Virus record (IMG/VR): IMGVR_UViG_3300009314_000003
Span: 1 to 64,000 of that record
Source of the DNA: a virus
Direction: 5' to 3' (one strand)
DNA length: 64,000 nt
Shown here: in pieces, positions 30,210-40,188 of the stretch
How the letters are laid out: each line of letters opens with the position of its first letter
How positions within the stretch are numbered: the stretch's first letter is position 1
Program-made: the position numbers and the translations under genes
Notes under the pieces: generated by a model
Database searches by the model: none
Seen by the model: only the letters and a program-made list of their open reading frames with translations
What the model was told of the DNA's origin: nothing

Positions 30210-31175
30210 ATGACTGATACTAAGAGTAGAAGTAATTTCAAGTATAGTGAGGAGCATATTCAATGGATCAGTGATCATCTGGAGAAGGAGTGGGGATGGC
30301 CCCGGGTTGTAAGAGCTTTTAATGCCATCTTTGTGGAGGAGAATCTGGATGTGGAGACTATTTCGGAGGAGAGCCTCCGAGGTGTTTACCGTTACCGGAC
30401 GAAGGCCACTGTTAGGGATGGTACTTATCGCGTCCTGATAGTTCCTGATATCCACATTCCTTTTCAAGATCGTAAGGTTTTGGGTGGTATGAGATTACTA
30501 ATTCCGGATCTTGAATGCACTGATATCGTCTTTATAGGAGATGTCTTTGATTGTGCGTCCATCTCGAGATTCGATAAGGATCCGAGACGCATTAAGGCCT
30601 TCATGACGGAGTTTGAGGAAGGCATAGACGAGTTGAAACTATGGCTACAAGCCGCTAATGGGGCCCGTGTTCACTATGTAATCGGGAATCATGAGAAGAG
30701 ATTGTTCGCGCGGCTCCGACGAAGGGTACCTGAGTTATTAGGCGCCATACCCTCCAACTGGGAGGATATGATCAAGTTTCATTCCCCTGATGTTTATAAC
30801 AGTATGATTATCCACCCGGACGGATTTGAGTTGGCAGGTTTCAAGTTTGTACATGGTGGCCAGGCCTACTCAAAGTTCTCTGCTTATTCGGCTAAAGCCC
30901 ATGCCTACCTCTATCATAAGAGCGGCTTCTCCGGCCATACTCACCGCGTCGGTTCATATTATGAGACTACCGAGGATAGTACGATTGAATGGCATGAGGT
31001 TGGGCACGTAACTATGCAGGAGGAATATGCCGACTATATTACTGGGACTCCAAACTGGCAGAAGGCATTCGCAACCCTAGAGGTTAGTCCAGATAAGGAG
31101 TTTCCGAAGATACAGATAGTCCGGATTGATAGTAAGTCCGGCTTCTGGTATGGGAATCAGTATTATGGTGACTAA
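30210..31175 (+). CDS. metallophosphoesterase with N-terminal helical domain
   Basis: PDIHIP, GDVFD, GNHE, HG, GHTH. Confidence 0.85.
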   Translation: MTDTKSRSNFKYSEEHIQWISDHLEKEWGWPRVVRAFNAIFVEENLDVETISEESLRGVYRYRTKATVRDGTYRVLIVPDIHIPFQDRKVLGGMRLLIPDLECTDIVFIGDVFDCASISRFDKDPRRIKAFMTEFEEGIDELKLWLQAANGARVHYVIGNHEKRLFARLRRRVPELLGAIPSNWEDMIKFHSPDVYNSMIIHPDGFELAGFKFVHGGQAYSKFSAYSAKAHAYLYHKSGFSGHTHRVGSYYETTEDSTIEWHEVGHVTMQEEYADYITGTPNWQKAFATLEVSPDKEFPKIQIVRIDSKSGFWYGNQYYGD

Positions 31176-31288
31176 GACCGACGAGTTGAAAGATATAATC
31201 ACTCAAAGGTTTGATCGAAATTATTCGCATAGACGATAACTCAAAATTCTCTTACAACGGGAGAATATATAAAGGAGAGTAATATCTA

Positions 31289-31555
31289 ATGAAGGAATAT
31301 AATATTCCCAGGGGTACTATAGCCCGTATTATGGGTATTGAGCGGCCAAAAGAGTCCAAGGCAGCCACAGAAGAGGAAGGGCATTTGGCTGAGGAGGAGC
31401 GTATGTTTGATGATGTAGGTGTTTATGTACAAGATCCTAATATCAATATTAAATGGATTTATGACGGTACATCAACACCAACATCAGAATGGGATAAAGC
31501 AACAACAGGTACGGCCAACAACTTCCATTACTATTCTAGTTCCAATAGTACTTAA
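31289..31555 (+). CDS. hypothetical protein
   Basis: 88-aa ORF with AAGGAG RBS. Confidence 0.5.
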   Translation: MKEYNIPRGTIARIMGIERPKESKAATEEEGHLAEEERMFDDVGVYVQDPNINIKWIYDGTSTPTSEWDKATTGTANNFHYYSSSNST

Positions 31556-32332
31556 ATGACTGGAGAGAAGAAGGAAGAAAAGCTTATTCCCCATGGTCCA
31601 ACTAAGGCCCTGGCAAAGAAGATAGGGCCGGAGGATGAGATTCTTGTTGCTGATTATGCAGATGATTTCCCGGAGGTGAAGAGGCTCCTCTCCTCCTACC
31701 CCGAGGAGGCACATGATTCTCTTATTATAACCGGGGCCCAATTACTTCATCTGGTACAGTATCAACAGGATACTGCTTTTGGTATGGTTCGTACCGTCCC
31801 TCTTAATTGTGGTGGGGAGGATTGTGACTTTGCTGATGTTTGTGCCTACTACAAAATAGGCATCGCACCTATGGGGCACCCCTGTCCAGAAGAGGTAGAG
31901 GTAGTTCGAGCAGTCGTGCCACAACTAATACGTGACCTGGATGTTGATACGGAATCATATCTTGAGATTAATATGGTTCAGGAGTATGTTGATGCCCTTA
32001 TCCAGGAACATAGGGCTCAGAAGTATCTTGCCCTTGATAATGACATGATCCCCAGGTCGATAGGTATTGACCAGGCTACTGGAATTCCAATCTGGCAGGA
32101 TGACATGTCCCCCGCCCTATCTAACAAGGAGAGGGCCCAACGGAAGAAGGAAAAGCTCCGGAAGGAGTTTGTAGCTACCCGGGAGATGCGACTTAAGTTC
32201 AAGGTAGCTACCCCGGAGGATGAAAGTCAGAAGGCAGCAGCTATGAGAAAGCAAATGGAAGAAGCTATTCAAAGGCAGGCACAAGAGGCCAAGTTTGAAG
32301 ATATAGAGGAAGAAAGAGAAAATGCCACTTAA
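31556..32332 (+). CDS. hypothetical protein with Cys cluster (possible terminase small subunit)
   Basis: C...C....C...CP.E followed by a helical C-terminus. It lies upstream of the terminase; function is inferred only. Confidence 0.5.
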   Translation: MTGEKKEEKLIPHGPTKALAKKIGPEDEILVADYADDFPEVKRLLSSYPEEAHDSLIITGAQLLHLVQYQQDTAFGMVRTVPLNCGGEDCDFADVCAYYKIGIAPMGHPCPEEVEVVRAVVPQLIRDLDVDTESYLEINMVQEYVDALIQEHRAQKYLALDNDMIPRSIGIDQATGIPIWQDDMSPALSNKERAQRKKEKLRKEFVATREMRLKFKVATPEDESQKAAAMRKQMEEAIQRQAQEAKFEDIEEERENAT

Positions 32333-32945
32333 TCTATTTAAGAAAGCAGCTGTGAGCAGGGGCCTACTTAAGAAAGCAGCTAGTAGCAGGACAGGCTTAT
32401 ACGCGAGGACGCGGGAAGAATTCACAAGGAGGCTTTATCAAGAAGGATCGCTTAAGGTCGGGGATGTGATAGAGGCATCCATAAGGGGCGAGACTGGCGG
32501 CGGGGCGATCAAGAGCTCCATAGCCGTGACCGAGTCCATCTCGACTAGACTGACAAGAGGCTCCTCGTTGCATGCCCAGCGTGCTTCTCCCCAGGCATTT
32601 ACCGCAGAACTGAGCGGTATCTTAGGTGATACGTTAGGCGGTACAAAGAATTTCATGCGAGAGCTGATGGCATCAACATCTAAGTACAACTACTCCGGGG
32701 CAGGCACATTTGTGGGTGCTGCAATAGGTATGAGTGGGGCTTATGACAGGGATGATACATCAATGCCGCGTATGTTAGCCTATGGCATGGCGGGTGGACT
32801 GCTGGGAAGATATGTAGGCGGGTTCGCCGTTAAGAAGGGAAAGTTTATTAACTGGTTAAACAAGACCGGCGGGAGATTTAATATAAGTACACAGGTTCTA
32901 CAAGGTGGTAAACACCCGTCCGTTGTTGGAAAGGTATTTAGGTAA
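32322..32945 (+). CDS. Gly/Ala-rich basic protein
   Basis: 207-aa ORF with glycine-zipper-like segments. Confidence 0.6.
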   Translation: MPLNLFKKAAVSRGLLKKAASSRTGLYARTREEFTRRLYQEGSLKVGDVIEASIRGETGGGAIKSSIAVTESISTRLTRGSSLHAQRASPQAFTAELSGILGDTLGGTKNFMRELMASTSKYNYSGAGTFVGAAIGMSGAYDRDDTSMPRMLAYGMAGGLLGRYVGGFAVKKGKFINWLNKTGGRFNISTQVLQGGKHPSVVGKVFR

Positions 32946-32951
32946 AGCGGG

Positions 32952-33668
32952 ATGTCTTTAAAAGCTATGATACAGGGAGTTAAGGCTTCGAAGGTAGTTG
33001 AGAATGCCGGCCGGTTCCTGTCAGGCCCAAATGCCTCAAATGCATCCGCTGCTGTAATGCTTGGCCTCGGAGGTGTGGGTATTGCTGCAGGCATAGGTTA
33101 TATGACGGACACCTCATACTATGGCCGTTACGGTATGGACCTGGGCAGTGGTATGGAAAATACCCTAGCCAACCGGCCGTGGTTTGGTATTTGGGGTAAG
33201 AGTCCGGCAGAGGCCTCAGGCTTCGGTATATACATGAAACCCATATCCCCCTGGGATGCAATAAAGCAATCTGCTTCTTACATGACATCTAGTAAGGATG
33301 CCGCGTTACTGAGAAAAGGCACTAGGGCAGGGGCTGTTACCGGCGGTGTAATAGGTGCCGCGGCGGGACTGTTCTTTGGCAAAGGGACGAGGGGCTGGTC
33401 AGCTGTTATTGGCGGTCTTATAGGCGCCGCCGCAGGTGGCTACCAGGGGAGCAAGTTGGTCCTTGGTATGTCTAAGGCTGTTAATGATGTTGTCCGTACC
33501 TATCACGGCCTTAATAACACTATGACAGACAGAACAAAAGTTGGCGGCGGTCAAGGATATCGTACCTGGATGAAACGGCCAGGTGGTAGGATGTACCCTG
33601 GACACCTAGGGGCCAGCGGCAATTTAGCACTAGCCTCCCACAGAGTAAGAAACCGGAGTATGTTGTAA
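32952..33668 (+). CDS. Gly/Ala-rich protein with glycine zippers
   Basis: GAVTGGVIGAAAG...IGGLIGAAAGG. Confidence 0.6.
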   Translation: MSLKAMIQGVKASKVVENAGRFLSGPNASNASAAVMLGLGGVGIAAGIGYMTDTSYYGRYGMDLGSGMENTLANRPWFGIWGKSPAEASGFGIYMKPISPWDAIKQSASYMTSSKDAALLRKGTRAGAVTGGVIGAAAGLFFGKGTRGWSAVIGGLIGAAAGGYQGSKLVLGMSKAVNDVVRTYHGLNNTMTDRTKVGGGQGYRTWMKRPGGRMYPGHLGASGNLALASHRVRNRSML

Positions 33669-33669
33669 T

Positions 33670-33774
33670 ATGCCACTATTCAGAAGAGATATCCCTAGGC
33701 GAGCACCTTCCAGGCCTATAAAGAAGGTGGGCAAGGCTAAGAAGCCAAATGTGAAAAGAGGCAAGAAGTCATGA
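33670..33774 (+). CDS. very small Lys/Arg-rich protein (34 aa)
   Basis: MPLFRRDIPRRAPSRPIKKVGKAKKPNVKRGKKS fills the gap between genes; below the ORF-track cutoff. Confidence 0.4.
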   Translation: MPLFRRDIPRRAPSRPIKKVGKAKKPNVKRGKKS

Positions 33775-33955
33775 AAAAGGTAAGGTGTGCAGAGCGTGGC
33801 GAAGTTGTCATTATCCTTGAAAAAGGTAGTCAGATAAAGCCTGATCTATACATTGTACATGAGTGTTGTCCAAATCTGAGTAGCCAGGATGGTGTAGAGT
33901 CTCCCCCCTAATGAAGTAGAGGCTAAAGACATAATAGATTTTCTAGGTAAATTTA

Positions 33956-35092
33956 ATGCCCTCAATTAAACAGGCAACCAACGCCAGTTGGACCAACCCG
34001 GCACTGATAGGTGCTGCGGCGGCCGGTGCGGGTGGTATTGCTACTGATGTTGCCGCTGGTTTTAACCCCCTCTCAGTTCTCTTTGTAAATCCGCTTGAGT
34101 CCCTCCGGATGGGTATGTTAGTTAACCCATTCCAAGGGCTAGGCCCGAGCGGGGCAGGGTTAAGTCAGTTCAAGTTTGGCGGGATGTGGGGCTATAAGAC
34201 CCTTCTCACAGGAGTAACTGGGCCCAGTCGCTACCTCAGCGCCGGTAATATAATTCTTTCAGCAGTTGAGGGTGTGGCACGTACTCCCCTGGCAGGTTCC
34301 CTATTAGGTGATAATGCTAGAGTAGCTCTACAGCATGCACGTTCCTTGGGCCTGGCAGGTATAGTTGACCCGGGGCGGTCTGTAGTCTCTCTCGGAAGCG
34401 TCGCGGACTTAATTGATGATGCATTAGAGACAGACCTGGGTTATAGGAAGAATATATTTAAGGGGGAAGTTAGATGGGTAAAGAAGGATGCTAAAAGGGG
34501 CAGTAGGAAGTGGGGCGCTAAAACAGCGGCCAAGATTACAAGACACATGGATAAAGACAAATTGGTTAGGGGACCGGCTAGGCGTAAGTTAGTTTCAATG
34601 ATTGGCGACCGTGAGGCTCCTAAGGGCGTTGTGAGAAAGATACTCCGGGCCGCGGGAGAGGGATTTGACGCGGATGATGTACTTAAAGGGGCACGAATTG
34701 TTGAGGAGGGTGGTACATACAGGGCCATTGTTAGTGCATCCAGTAAAAAGGCAAGTACCTTAGCTATAAAATTGGGCAAAGGTTTTGCAGGTAAGGCTGC
34801 CGGACTTGCTCTAAGAGGATTCGCCGCATGGAGTTGGGCCAGCCTGGCCTGGTTAGCCCTTAAGCCATTGGGCTCCGCCATGATAAGAGAGGCCGGAGGC
34901 GTTGCAGCCTCAGCCCTTACCCTGCTGGATGAGTTCCGCTCCTTGGAGATCAGTACAGGCAGACTTCCAGGGGCCTTCATGACCCCCGGAGCTGCCACAG
35001 AGAGACAACGTGCGGTTCAGGCCATCTATCAGGCGAAGGTACAGCCCAGTAATCGCTTCCTAGGAAATGAAGCACAGTTCTATCATAGATAG
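33956..35092 (+). CDS. Gly/Ala-rich basic protein (possible virion/ejection protein)
   Basis: 378-aa ORF ending AATERQRAVQAI...LGNEA. Confidence 0.6.
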   Translation: MPSIKQATNASWTNPALIGAAAAGAGGIATDVAAGFNPLSVLFVNPLESLRMGMLVNPFQGLGPSGAGLSQFKFGGMWGYKTLLTGVTGPSRYLSAGNIILSAVEGVARTPLAGSLLGDNARVALQHARSLGLAGIVDPGRSVVSLGSVADLIDDALETDLGYRKNIFKGEVRWVKKDAKRGSRKWGAKTAAKITRHMDKDKLVRGPARRKLVSMIGDREAPKGVVRKILRAAGEGFDADDVLKGARIVEEGGTYRAIVSASSKKASTLAIKLGKGFAGKAAGLALRGFAAWSWASLAWLALKPLGSAMIREAGGVAASALTLLDEFRSLEISTGRLPGAFMTPGAATERQRAVQAIYQAKVQPSNRFLGNEAQFYHR

Positions 35093-35100
35093 GAGGACAT

Positions 35101-35280
35101 ATGGTAATTGTTGAGGTTAAGGGACAGGAAGAAAGAGACATAATTAAAGCCCTCCGTAGATTCAGGAGGAAAGTAGATAAAGCTAATATCATTAGAGATG
35201 TTCTTGATCACCGCTATTATTTGAAGCCATCAGCTAGGAGGCACAGGGATCGTAACAGCACCAAAAGACGAAAAAGGTAG
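35101..35280 (+). CDS. rpsU: 30S ribosomal protein bS21 (phage-encoded)
   Basis: MVIVEVKGQEERDIIKALRRFRRKVDKANIIRDVLDHRYYLKPSARRHRDRNSTKRRKR has the ALRRF.RK and YYxKPS signatures; AGGAGGA RBS. At 59 aa it is missed by the ORF track. Confidence 0.9.
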   Translation: MVIVEVKGQEERDIIKALRRFRRKVDKANIIRDVLDHRYYLKPSARRHRDRNSTKRRKR

Positions 35281-35296
35281 GGAAGGTGAAAGGCTG

Positions 35297-36175
35297 TTAA
35301 TCTCGGCCGCGCAGGAGATTGTACTCGCCGACGGTTCTTTTCACAAGGCCGGCGACTTAATTGGTTGTGGTCCTGTTGAGGGTTTGGGTTGGTTGGTTTC
35401 TTCTCCGCGAAAGCAAATGATAGAGATTTATCCTGTGGAAGAGGGTTCATCCGCTCGACTTTGTGGTCTTGTGAGCTCAAATGGCCGCAGTATCTTATGT
35501 GGGGAGGAGACAGAACTCTTAGGGGCCAAGGGGTGGATATCCTTCGCCGAGCATGTTAGGCAATATAAAAGATGTCGATGGTTAAAAATATATCCCTATC
35601 TCATTAACAGAATTAATAACTATGGGAGGGATGAGCGTGGTCAGGAGTGGGTGGATGCCTTTGTTGCCTCTCTGGTTGAGCTGTCACGTCGTAGTCCGCA
35701 TATGGGCGAGCGTGGTACTATCACAATTCCTTCCTACCTTGGTAAATTAAATGAAGCATCCCTTAATCGTTTTCTGGGGGCCTTATTTAACGCATTCTCC
35801 AAAAGTAAGAGAACTGCCTTTATAAGAAGGATTGATTATGAGAGTCAGCAGCGATTATTTAGCTTATTTACGAGGACTGGCTCCTACAAAACAACCAGCC
35901 GGGGTAAAAGCAGGATTTATGAGGTTGGTATACCTGGCGCTAATTTACATAAGAGGCCTGATGAAAACACCAACAACAGAGGAGGTTGGTGGCCATCACC
36001 AAATTTATTAATCCGTACAAGTAATATTGATGATTCTGTAGTTACTTGTTGTATAAACCGCTATAGGATAGTTGATCGTGATATATATGAGACCCTTGTT
36101 GAGGTCCGCACCCAAATTGGTAATTTCATTGATAAGAGCTTCATATGTCGGACCGAAAAGATCAATCCAGCCTAG
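35297..36175 (+). CDS. degenerate intein-like (Hint + LAGLIDADG remnant) protein
   Basis: Frame open from 35225. LISAAQEIVLADGS is block A-like, SNGRSILCGEETELLGAKGW block B-like, IPSYL...RFLGALF endonuclease-like, and IGNFIDKSFICRT block F/G-like. Catalytic residues are absent and the start codon is uncertain. Confidence 0.5.
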   Translation, partial: LISAAQEIVLADGSFHKAGDLIGCGPVEGLGWLVSSPRKQMIEIYPVEEGSSARLCGLVSSNGRSILCGEETELLGAKGWISFAEHVRQYKRCRWLKIYPYLINRINNYGRDERGQEWVDAFVASLVELSRRSPHMGERGTITIPSYLGKLNEASLNRFLGALFNAFSKSKRTAFIRRIDYESQQRLFSLFTRTGSYKTTSRGKSRIYEVGIPGANLHKRPDENTNNRGGWWPSPNLLIRTSNIDDSVVTCCINRYRIVDRDIYETLVEVRTQIGNFIDKSFICRTEKINPA

Positions 36176-38427
36176 GTAGTTTCTCTCCAGACGAATTCCT
36201 GGAGGCCCAGACCATTATAGACCCTACGCTCTTTGCTGAATCTTACCTCCGTAATCCAGCCGATCCAACTGAGCCTCTCGTCTTACGGCCTTATCAGAGG
36301 ACTATTCTTAGGGACCAACACCAGCATCGTCTTCTGCGACTAGGAAGGCGCGTTGGAAAATCCGTAACCTTAGCTATTGAGGCGATTTGGAAAGCCTTCA
36401 CTCATAATTATCGTCAGGTTTTGGTTGTAGCCGCCTACGAGAACCAGCTGGATATCATATTTAACCTAATGGGTAATATGATATATGACGCCCCAAAGAT
36501 AAAGGACTCCATTAAGAATGTTCGGAAGAAACCACACGAGATTTGGTTTGAGAATGGTTCCAGTATTATCGGTAATGTTGGTAATTCCTCAGTTCGCGGT
36601 AAATGTCTCCCCGCAGGAACAAAGGTATGGATGGCAGGCGGATCTTGGAAATCAGTTGAGGAAATTAAAGCTGGTGAACGGGTTCGTTCCTATGACCTGG
36701 ATGATCTTTGTATGGTGACTAGAAAGGTGACGGCTATACACGATAATGGTAAGAAGCTTATCTATCAACTAAATACCACCTCCAGTCGGATTCTAAAGGC
36801 TACTGCTGAGCACAAGATCTTTATCTTTGGAAAGGGTTTTATAGAATTAGAGGATATCAAGACTTGGAAAACTGACCAGAATATGTCTCACTTTGTGGGG
36901 GTGGTAGATATAAATGGTGGACTTAATTGGAGCCGAGCATATAATGTTGAGGAGATGGGGGAGGAGAGGACTTATGACCTTACTGTGGAAGAGGAACACA
37001 ACTTCATTGTTATGACACCACCCCCAGAAGAGTTAGGGGGTTTTCGCATATCTGGAGTAGCTAATGGAGGTTTCCTTGTACATAACTCTGCGCACGACCT
37101 TATTATTGATGAGGGTGACTATATACCGGAGAATATAATCATTGAGGATATCTGGCCCATATCTACCTCCCACAAGGATACGCAGGTAATATTTTCTTCT
37201 ACACCCTCCGGCCGTCGGGGTTTCTTCTTTAACCTGAGTCGCAACAAGGACGATCCCAGGTTTGACTTCCACGAACATCACATCCCCAGCTCATCTAGCC
37301 CGGAATGGACTACGGAACAGGAAGCACTAGCCCGTTCCATCGCGGATGAGAGTCAATACAATAGGGAGTATTGTGCCCTCTTTAGTGATGCGACTGAAGG
37401 CGTCTTCCGGAACAAGTTTATTGAGCCGGCTCTATTTGTTTATGACTATCCTGACCTACAATTTAATCCGGAGAACTATTATACCATGGGGGTTGACTGG
37501 AATGAGGCCGCCACTGGGGTACATGTAGTTATCCTGGAGCATGTTAATAAGCCGGTGGAAATGGTCCCGTACAGGTCTGGCCTTATCGGAGAACCTAAGA
37601 AAGTGGGAAAGGTTCTTCGCCTCTTCAAGGCAGATAGGGTTGATGCCCTGGAATATACCAACGTAGTGGCAGTTGATTTTATCCTATCTCTTCTACATAA
37701 GTACAGGATTGACTATGCCTGTTTTGATCATGGCCACGGGCATACCAATTGGGAGCTCTTACGATTATCCATACAGAGGGGTATCTCTCCTACCGGTATG
37801 AGGTGTACCGGCCTTACCAGGATGCTGGATAGGATGGAGGTAGTTGATTTTGGCGGCTCTAGTGAGGTTATTGATCCAACTACCAATAGTACCAGTAAGG
37901 TGCGGACTAAGAATTTCCTTGTTCGTAATGGAGTTCGAGTTTTGGAGGGTGGTAGAATTATTATTCCTGCTGTTGATGTCTTGGGCAACCCAATAGAACT
38001 TAACGAGAAACGACTTGTGGGCCAGATGCGTGCTTATACTGTGGAACGTGTAGGGGCCCGGGGGGAGGTTTATTCCAAAGGAAACGATCATGTCTTAGAT
38101 AGTTGGATGTTAGCTGTTCATGCTTACCTCACTAATCATGATGATTTCATGGCCTGGGATTATGCTATGGAAAGTGCAGGGGTAGAAGATTCTACTCTCA
38201 TTCCCCATGCAATAGCCAGACGTAATGTACTTAGTCCTGTAAGTAGTAAGAAGACATCTTTGGACCCAGAGGTATTTCAAGCAGGCGAGTATACAGTCAA
38301 TCATTATGGGCATTGGCCTAAGAAAGGTGAACCGCCGGAGCGGGAAGATAAGGGGGATCCGCTTCTCCCCAAACGTCGTGGGTCCCGGGGAGATAGACAC
38401 CACACTCCAAGGAGAACAGATATATAA
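36145..38427 (+). CDS. terL: terminase large subunit (contains a mini-intein)
   Basis: LRPYQ, Walker A GRRVGKS, Walker B LIIDEGD, SSTP, RNase H-like GVDWN, D.GHG, DH..DS. Confidence 0.93.
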   Translation: MSDRKDQSSLGSFSPDEFLEAQTIIDPTLFAESYLRNPADPTEPLVLRPYQRTILRDQHQHRLLRLGRRVGKSVTLAIEAIWKAFTHNYRQVLVVAAYENQLDIIFNLMGNMIYDAPKIKDSIKNVRKKPHEIWFENGSSIIGNVGNSSVRGKCLPAGTKVWMAGGSWKSVEEIKAGERVRSYDLDDLCMVTRKVTAIHDNGKKLIYQLNTTSSRILKATAEHKIFIFGKGFIELEDIKTWKTDQNMSHFVGVVDINGGLNWSRAYNVEEMGEERTYDLTVEEEHNFIVMTPPPEELGGFRISGVANGGFLVHNSAHDLIIDEGDYIPENIIIEDIWPISTSHKDTQVIFSSTPSGRRGFFFNLSRNKDDPRFDFHEHHIPSSSSPEWTTEQEALARSIADESQYNREYCALFSDATEGVFRNKFIEPALFVYDYPDLQFNPENYYTMGVDWNEAATGVHVVILEHVNKPVEMVPYRSGLIGEPKKVGKVLRLFKADRVDALEYTNVVAVDFILSLLHKYRIDYACFDHGHGHTNWELLRLSIQRGISPTGMRCTGLTRMLDRMEVVDFGGSSEVIDPTTNSTSKVRTKNFLVRNGVRVLEGGRIIIPAVDVLGNPIELNEKRLVGQMRAYTVERVGARGEVYSKGNDHVLDSWMLAVHAYLTNHDDFMAWDYAMESAGVEDSTLIPHAIARRNVLSPVSSKKTSLDPEVFQAGEYTVNHYGHWPKKGEPPEREDKGDPLLPKRRGSRGDRHHTPRRTDI
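36604..37086 (+). mobile_element. mini-intein (161 aa) in the terminase
   Basis: RGK|CLPAGTKV ... ATAEH ... TYDLTVEEEHNF ... FLVHN|SAH; no endonuclease domain. Confidence 0.92.
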
Positions 38428-40187
38428 TGCCGGATGATTTTGACAAGGCGGCCAAGGCGGCCGAGGATCTGGGGAATCTTGCTGTGAGTGAGTTTTCAGG
38501 GTCTCTGGAGAACCAGCTTAGTGGTTTACAGGAGGAGATGACAGGGCGTACGCATGGGCCCAGTAGTGGGGAACCGAATCCAGTCGCGAGTAGGATTAAT
38601 ACCTGGCTGACAACCCGTCTTGATGATCTTGCGTCATACAGTGACACATTACGTGAGGATTGGGGCTTTTCTAAAGAGACTGGTGTTGCTAAGCTCTCCA
38701 AACCTATCAATCTTGGGAACACCAAGATAAGTGTAAAGGACTTCTCTGCCACTGCCATGGAGGAAGAGTGGAAGGCTAATGAGGGTCATAATAGGGTGGG
38801 TTTCGTGGAGGGAGAGACTCGTATTTCTGATAGGTTACCTGAGTTTGTTAAGTCGAAGTTTGTGAGTGGAGGCGCAATTATTGAATTAACCCTTGAGGGG
38901 GGAGGGGTTCAGAGTAGCTGGCTTAAAGAATTCTATGAGAATAAGGGTGTTGATATACCTTCCCCCTTAAGTGTGCCAAGAGGCACACCAATAGCGAATT
39001 TTCATAAGGGTTTTGGAGGAAACTTAACAAATATAGAGGATGCTGGCTATGGCGTCATCGGACGTGTCTTTGAGGAAACCGTAGACCTTCTTGAAGGCGC
39101 TGTAAGATCGCTGGAGCATATGGATACTGAGCCAGTTATGTTTGTCTGCTGTCTTATACGCCAACTTGCTGCTTGGGATAAAATTGAACGAACAGAGTTG
39201 GAGAAGGCTCTGGAGGCCGGAGTATTGGATGAAGATGTTAGGAAGGCCATGCGTGAGGTAAGGACAGTATTATGCAGCGTTCGGTTAATTCTTACTCTTG
39301 CGATCTCGGAGAAAAAGGACTTTAGCATTAAGATGTTAACGATGAACATCTTCAAGATTATGGTGGACAGTCTGATTATGGCCACATTTGGGACACTTCA
39401 GGTGTTATGTGGAATACTTAAGAGATCTATATACGCCTGGGCTATGAAGATGTTGAAAAAGTATAAGATACAATCGTGTATGCCATTTCTCTCTTTGATC
39501 CAGCTCGCACTTTCTAAACTTTTTGGTCGAGAAGGTATTCTTGCGCAGCTCATCAGTTATCGACGTCAAACAGAGGCCCGTATGTCTAAGTTGTTAGGGG
39601 GAGAAATACAGGAGGATATCAAGGAAACAATGGTCATTGAGTATTTAACCATTCTTATTCAATTGATGGATGCCTTAATAGATGCAGGATATAGGGCTGA
39701 GTTATGCGTGGAAGATATCCTAGATGACATGTATGACACAACTAAGGAAGAGATCCCTGCTGATGATAATATAAGTGCAGGAGACGATACAGGTGGTTTA
39801 GATAGAGGTGGTTTAGATAGAGGTGGTTTAGATAGAGGTGGTGGAGATGCAGGAACTTATATAGATAACCCAATGCGTGATGGTTTTGAGGATCTAGATG
39901 AACTTGATTCTGCGTTACGCAATATTATGTCCCCGTCAACAACCTCTACGGCTCTTGGAGTGCCTTCAACGGGGGAAACGGCACCAACCCTTAATGATTT
40001 GCTTATATCGGGGCCAACTGATGCGGAATTGGAAAGGTTTATGATTGCGCGGCTGGGGGTAGATCCGGCTACAGCACGGGATGCCGTCTACAGATCTCGC
40101 GTATCTGGTGATTGTGCAAAGGGCCTAACATCCGCCGAGTTGCGGGAAGTATATGAAGCTTTAGAAGATATGAAGGTTTACAAATAA
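38427..40187 (+). CDS. hypothetical protein (between terminase and portal)
   Basis: 586-aa ORF coupled to terL. Confidence 0.7.
   Translation: MPDDFDKAAKAAEDLGNLAVSEFSGSLENQLSGLQEEMTGRTHGPSSGEPNPVASRINTWLTTRLDDLASYSDTLREDWGFSKETGVAKLSKPINLGNTKISVKDFSATAMEEEWKANEGHNRVGFVEGETRISDRLPEFVKSKFVSGGAIIELTLEGGGVQSSWLKEFYENKGVDIPSPLSVPRGTPIANFHKGFGGNLTNIEDAGYGVIGRVFEETVDLLEGAVRSLEHMDTEPVMFVCCLIRQLAAWDKIERTELEKALEAGVLDEDVRKAMREVRTVLCSVRLILTLAISEKKDFSIKMLTMNIFKIMVDSLIMATFGTLQVLCGILKRSIYAWAMKMLKKYKIQSCMPFLSLIQLALSKLFGREGILAQLISYRRQTEARMSKLLGGEIQEDIKETMVIEYLTILIQLMDALIDAGYRAELCVEDILDDMYDTTKEEIPADDNISAGDDTGGLDRGGLDRGGLDRGGGDAGTYIDNPMRDGFEDLDELDSALRNIMSPSTTSTALGVPSTGETAPTLNDLLISGPTDAELERFMIARLGVDPATARDAVYRSRVSGDCAKGLTSAELREVYEALEDMKVYK
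39791..39842 (+). repeat. in-frame 15-bp tandem repeat AGGTGGTTTAGATAG x3 (GGLDR)
   Basis: Read directly from the sequence. Confidence 0.85.
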
Positions 40188-40188
40188 T

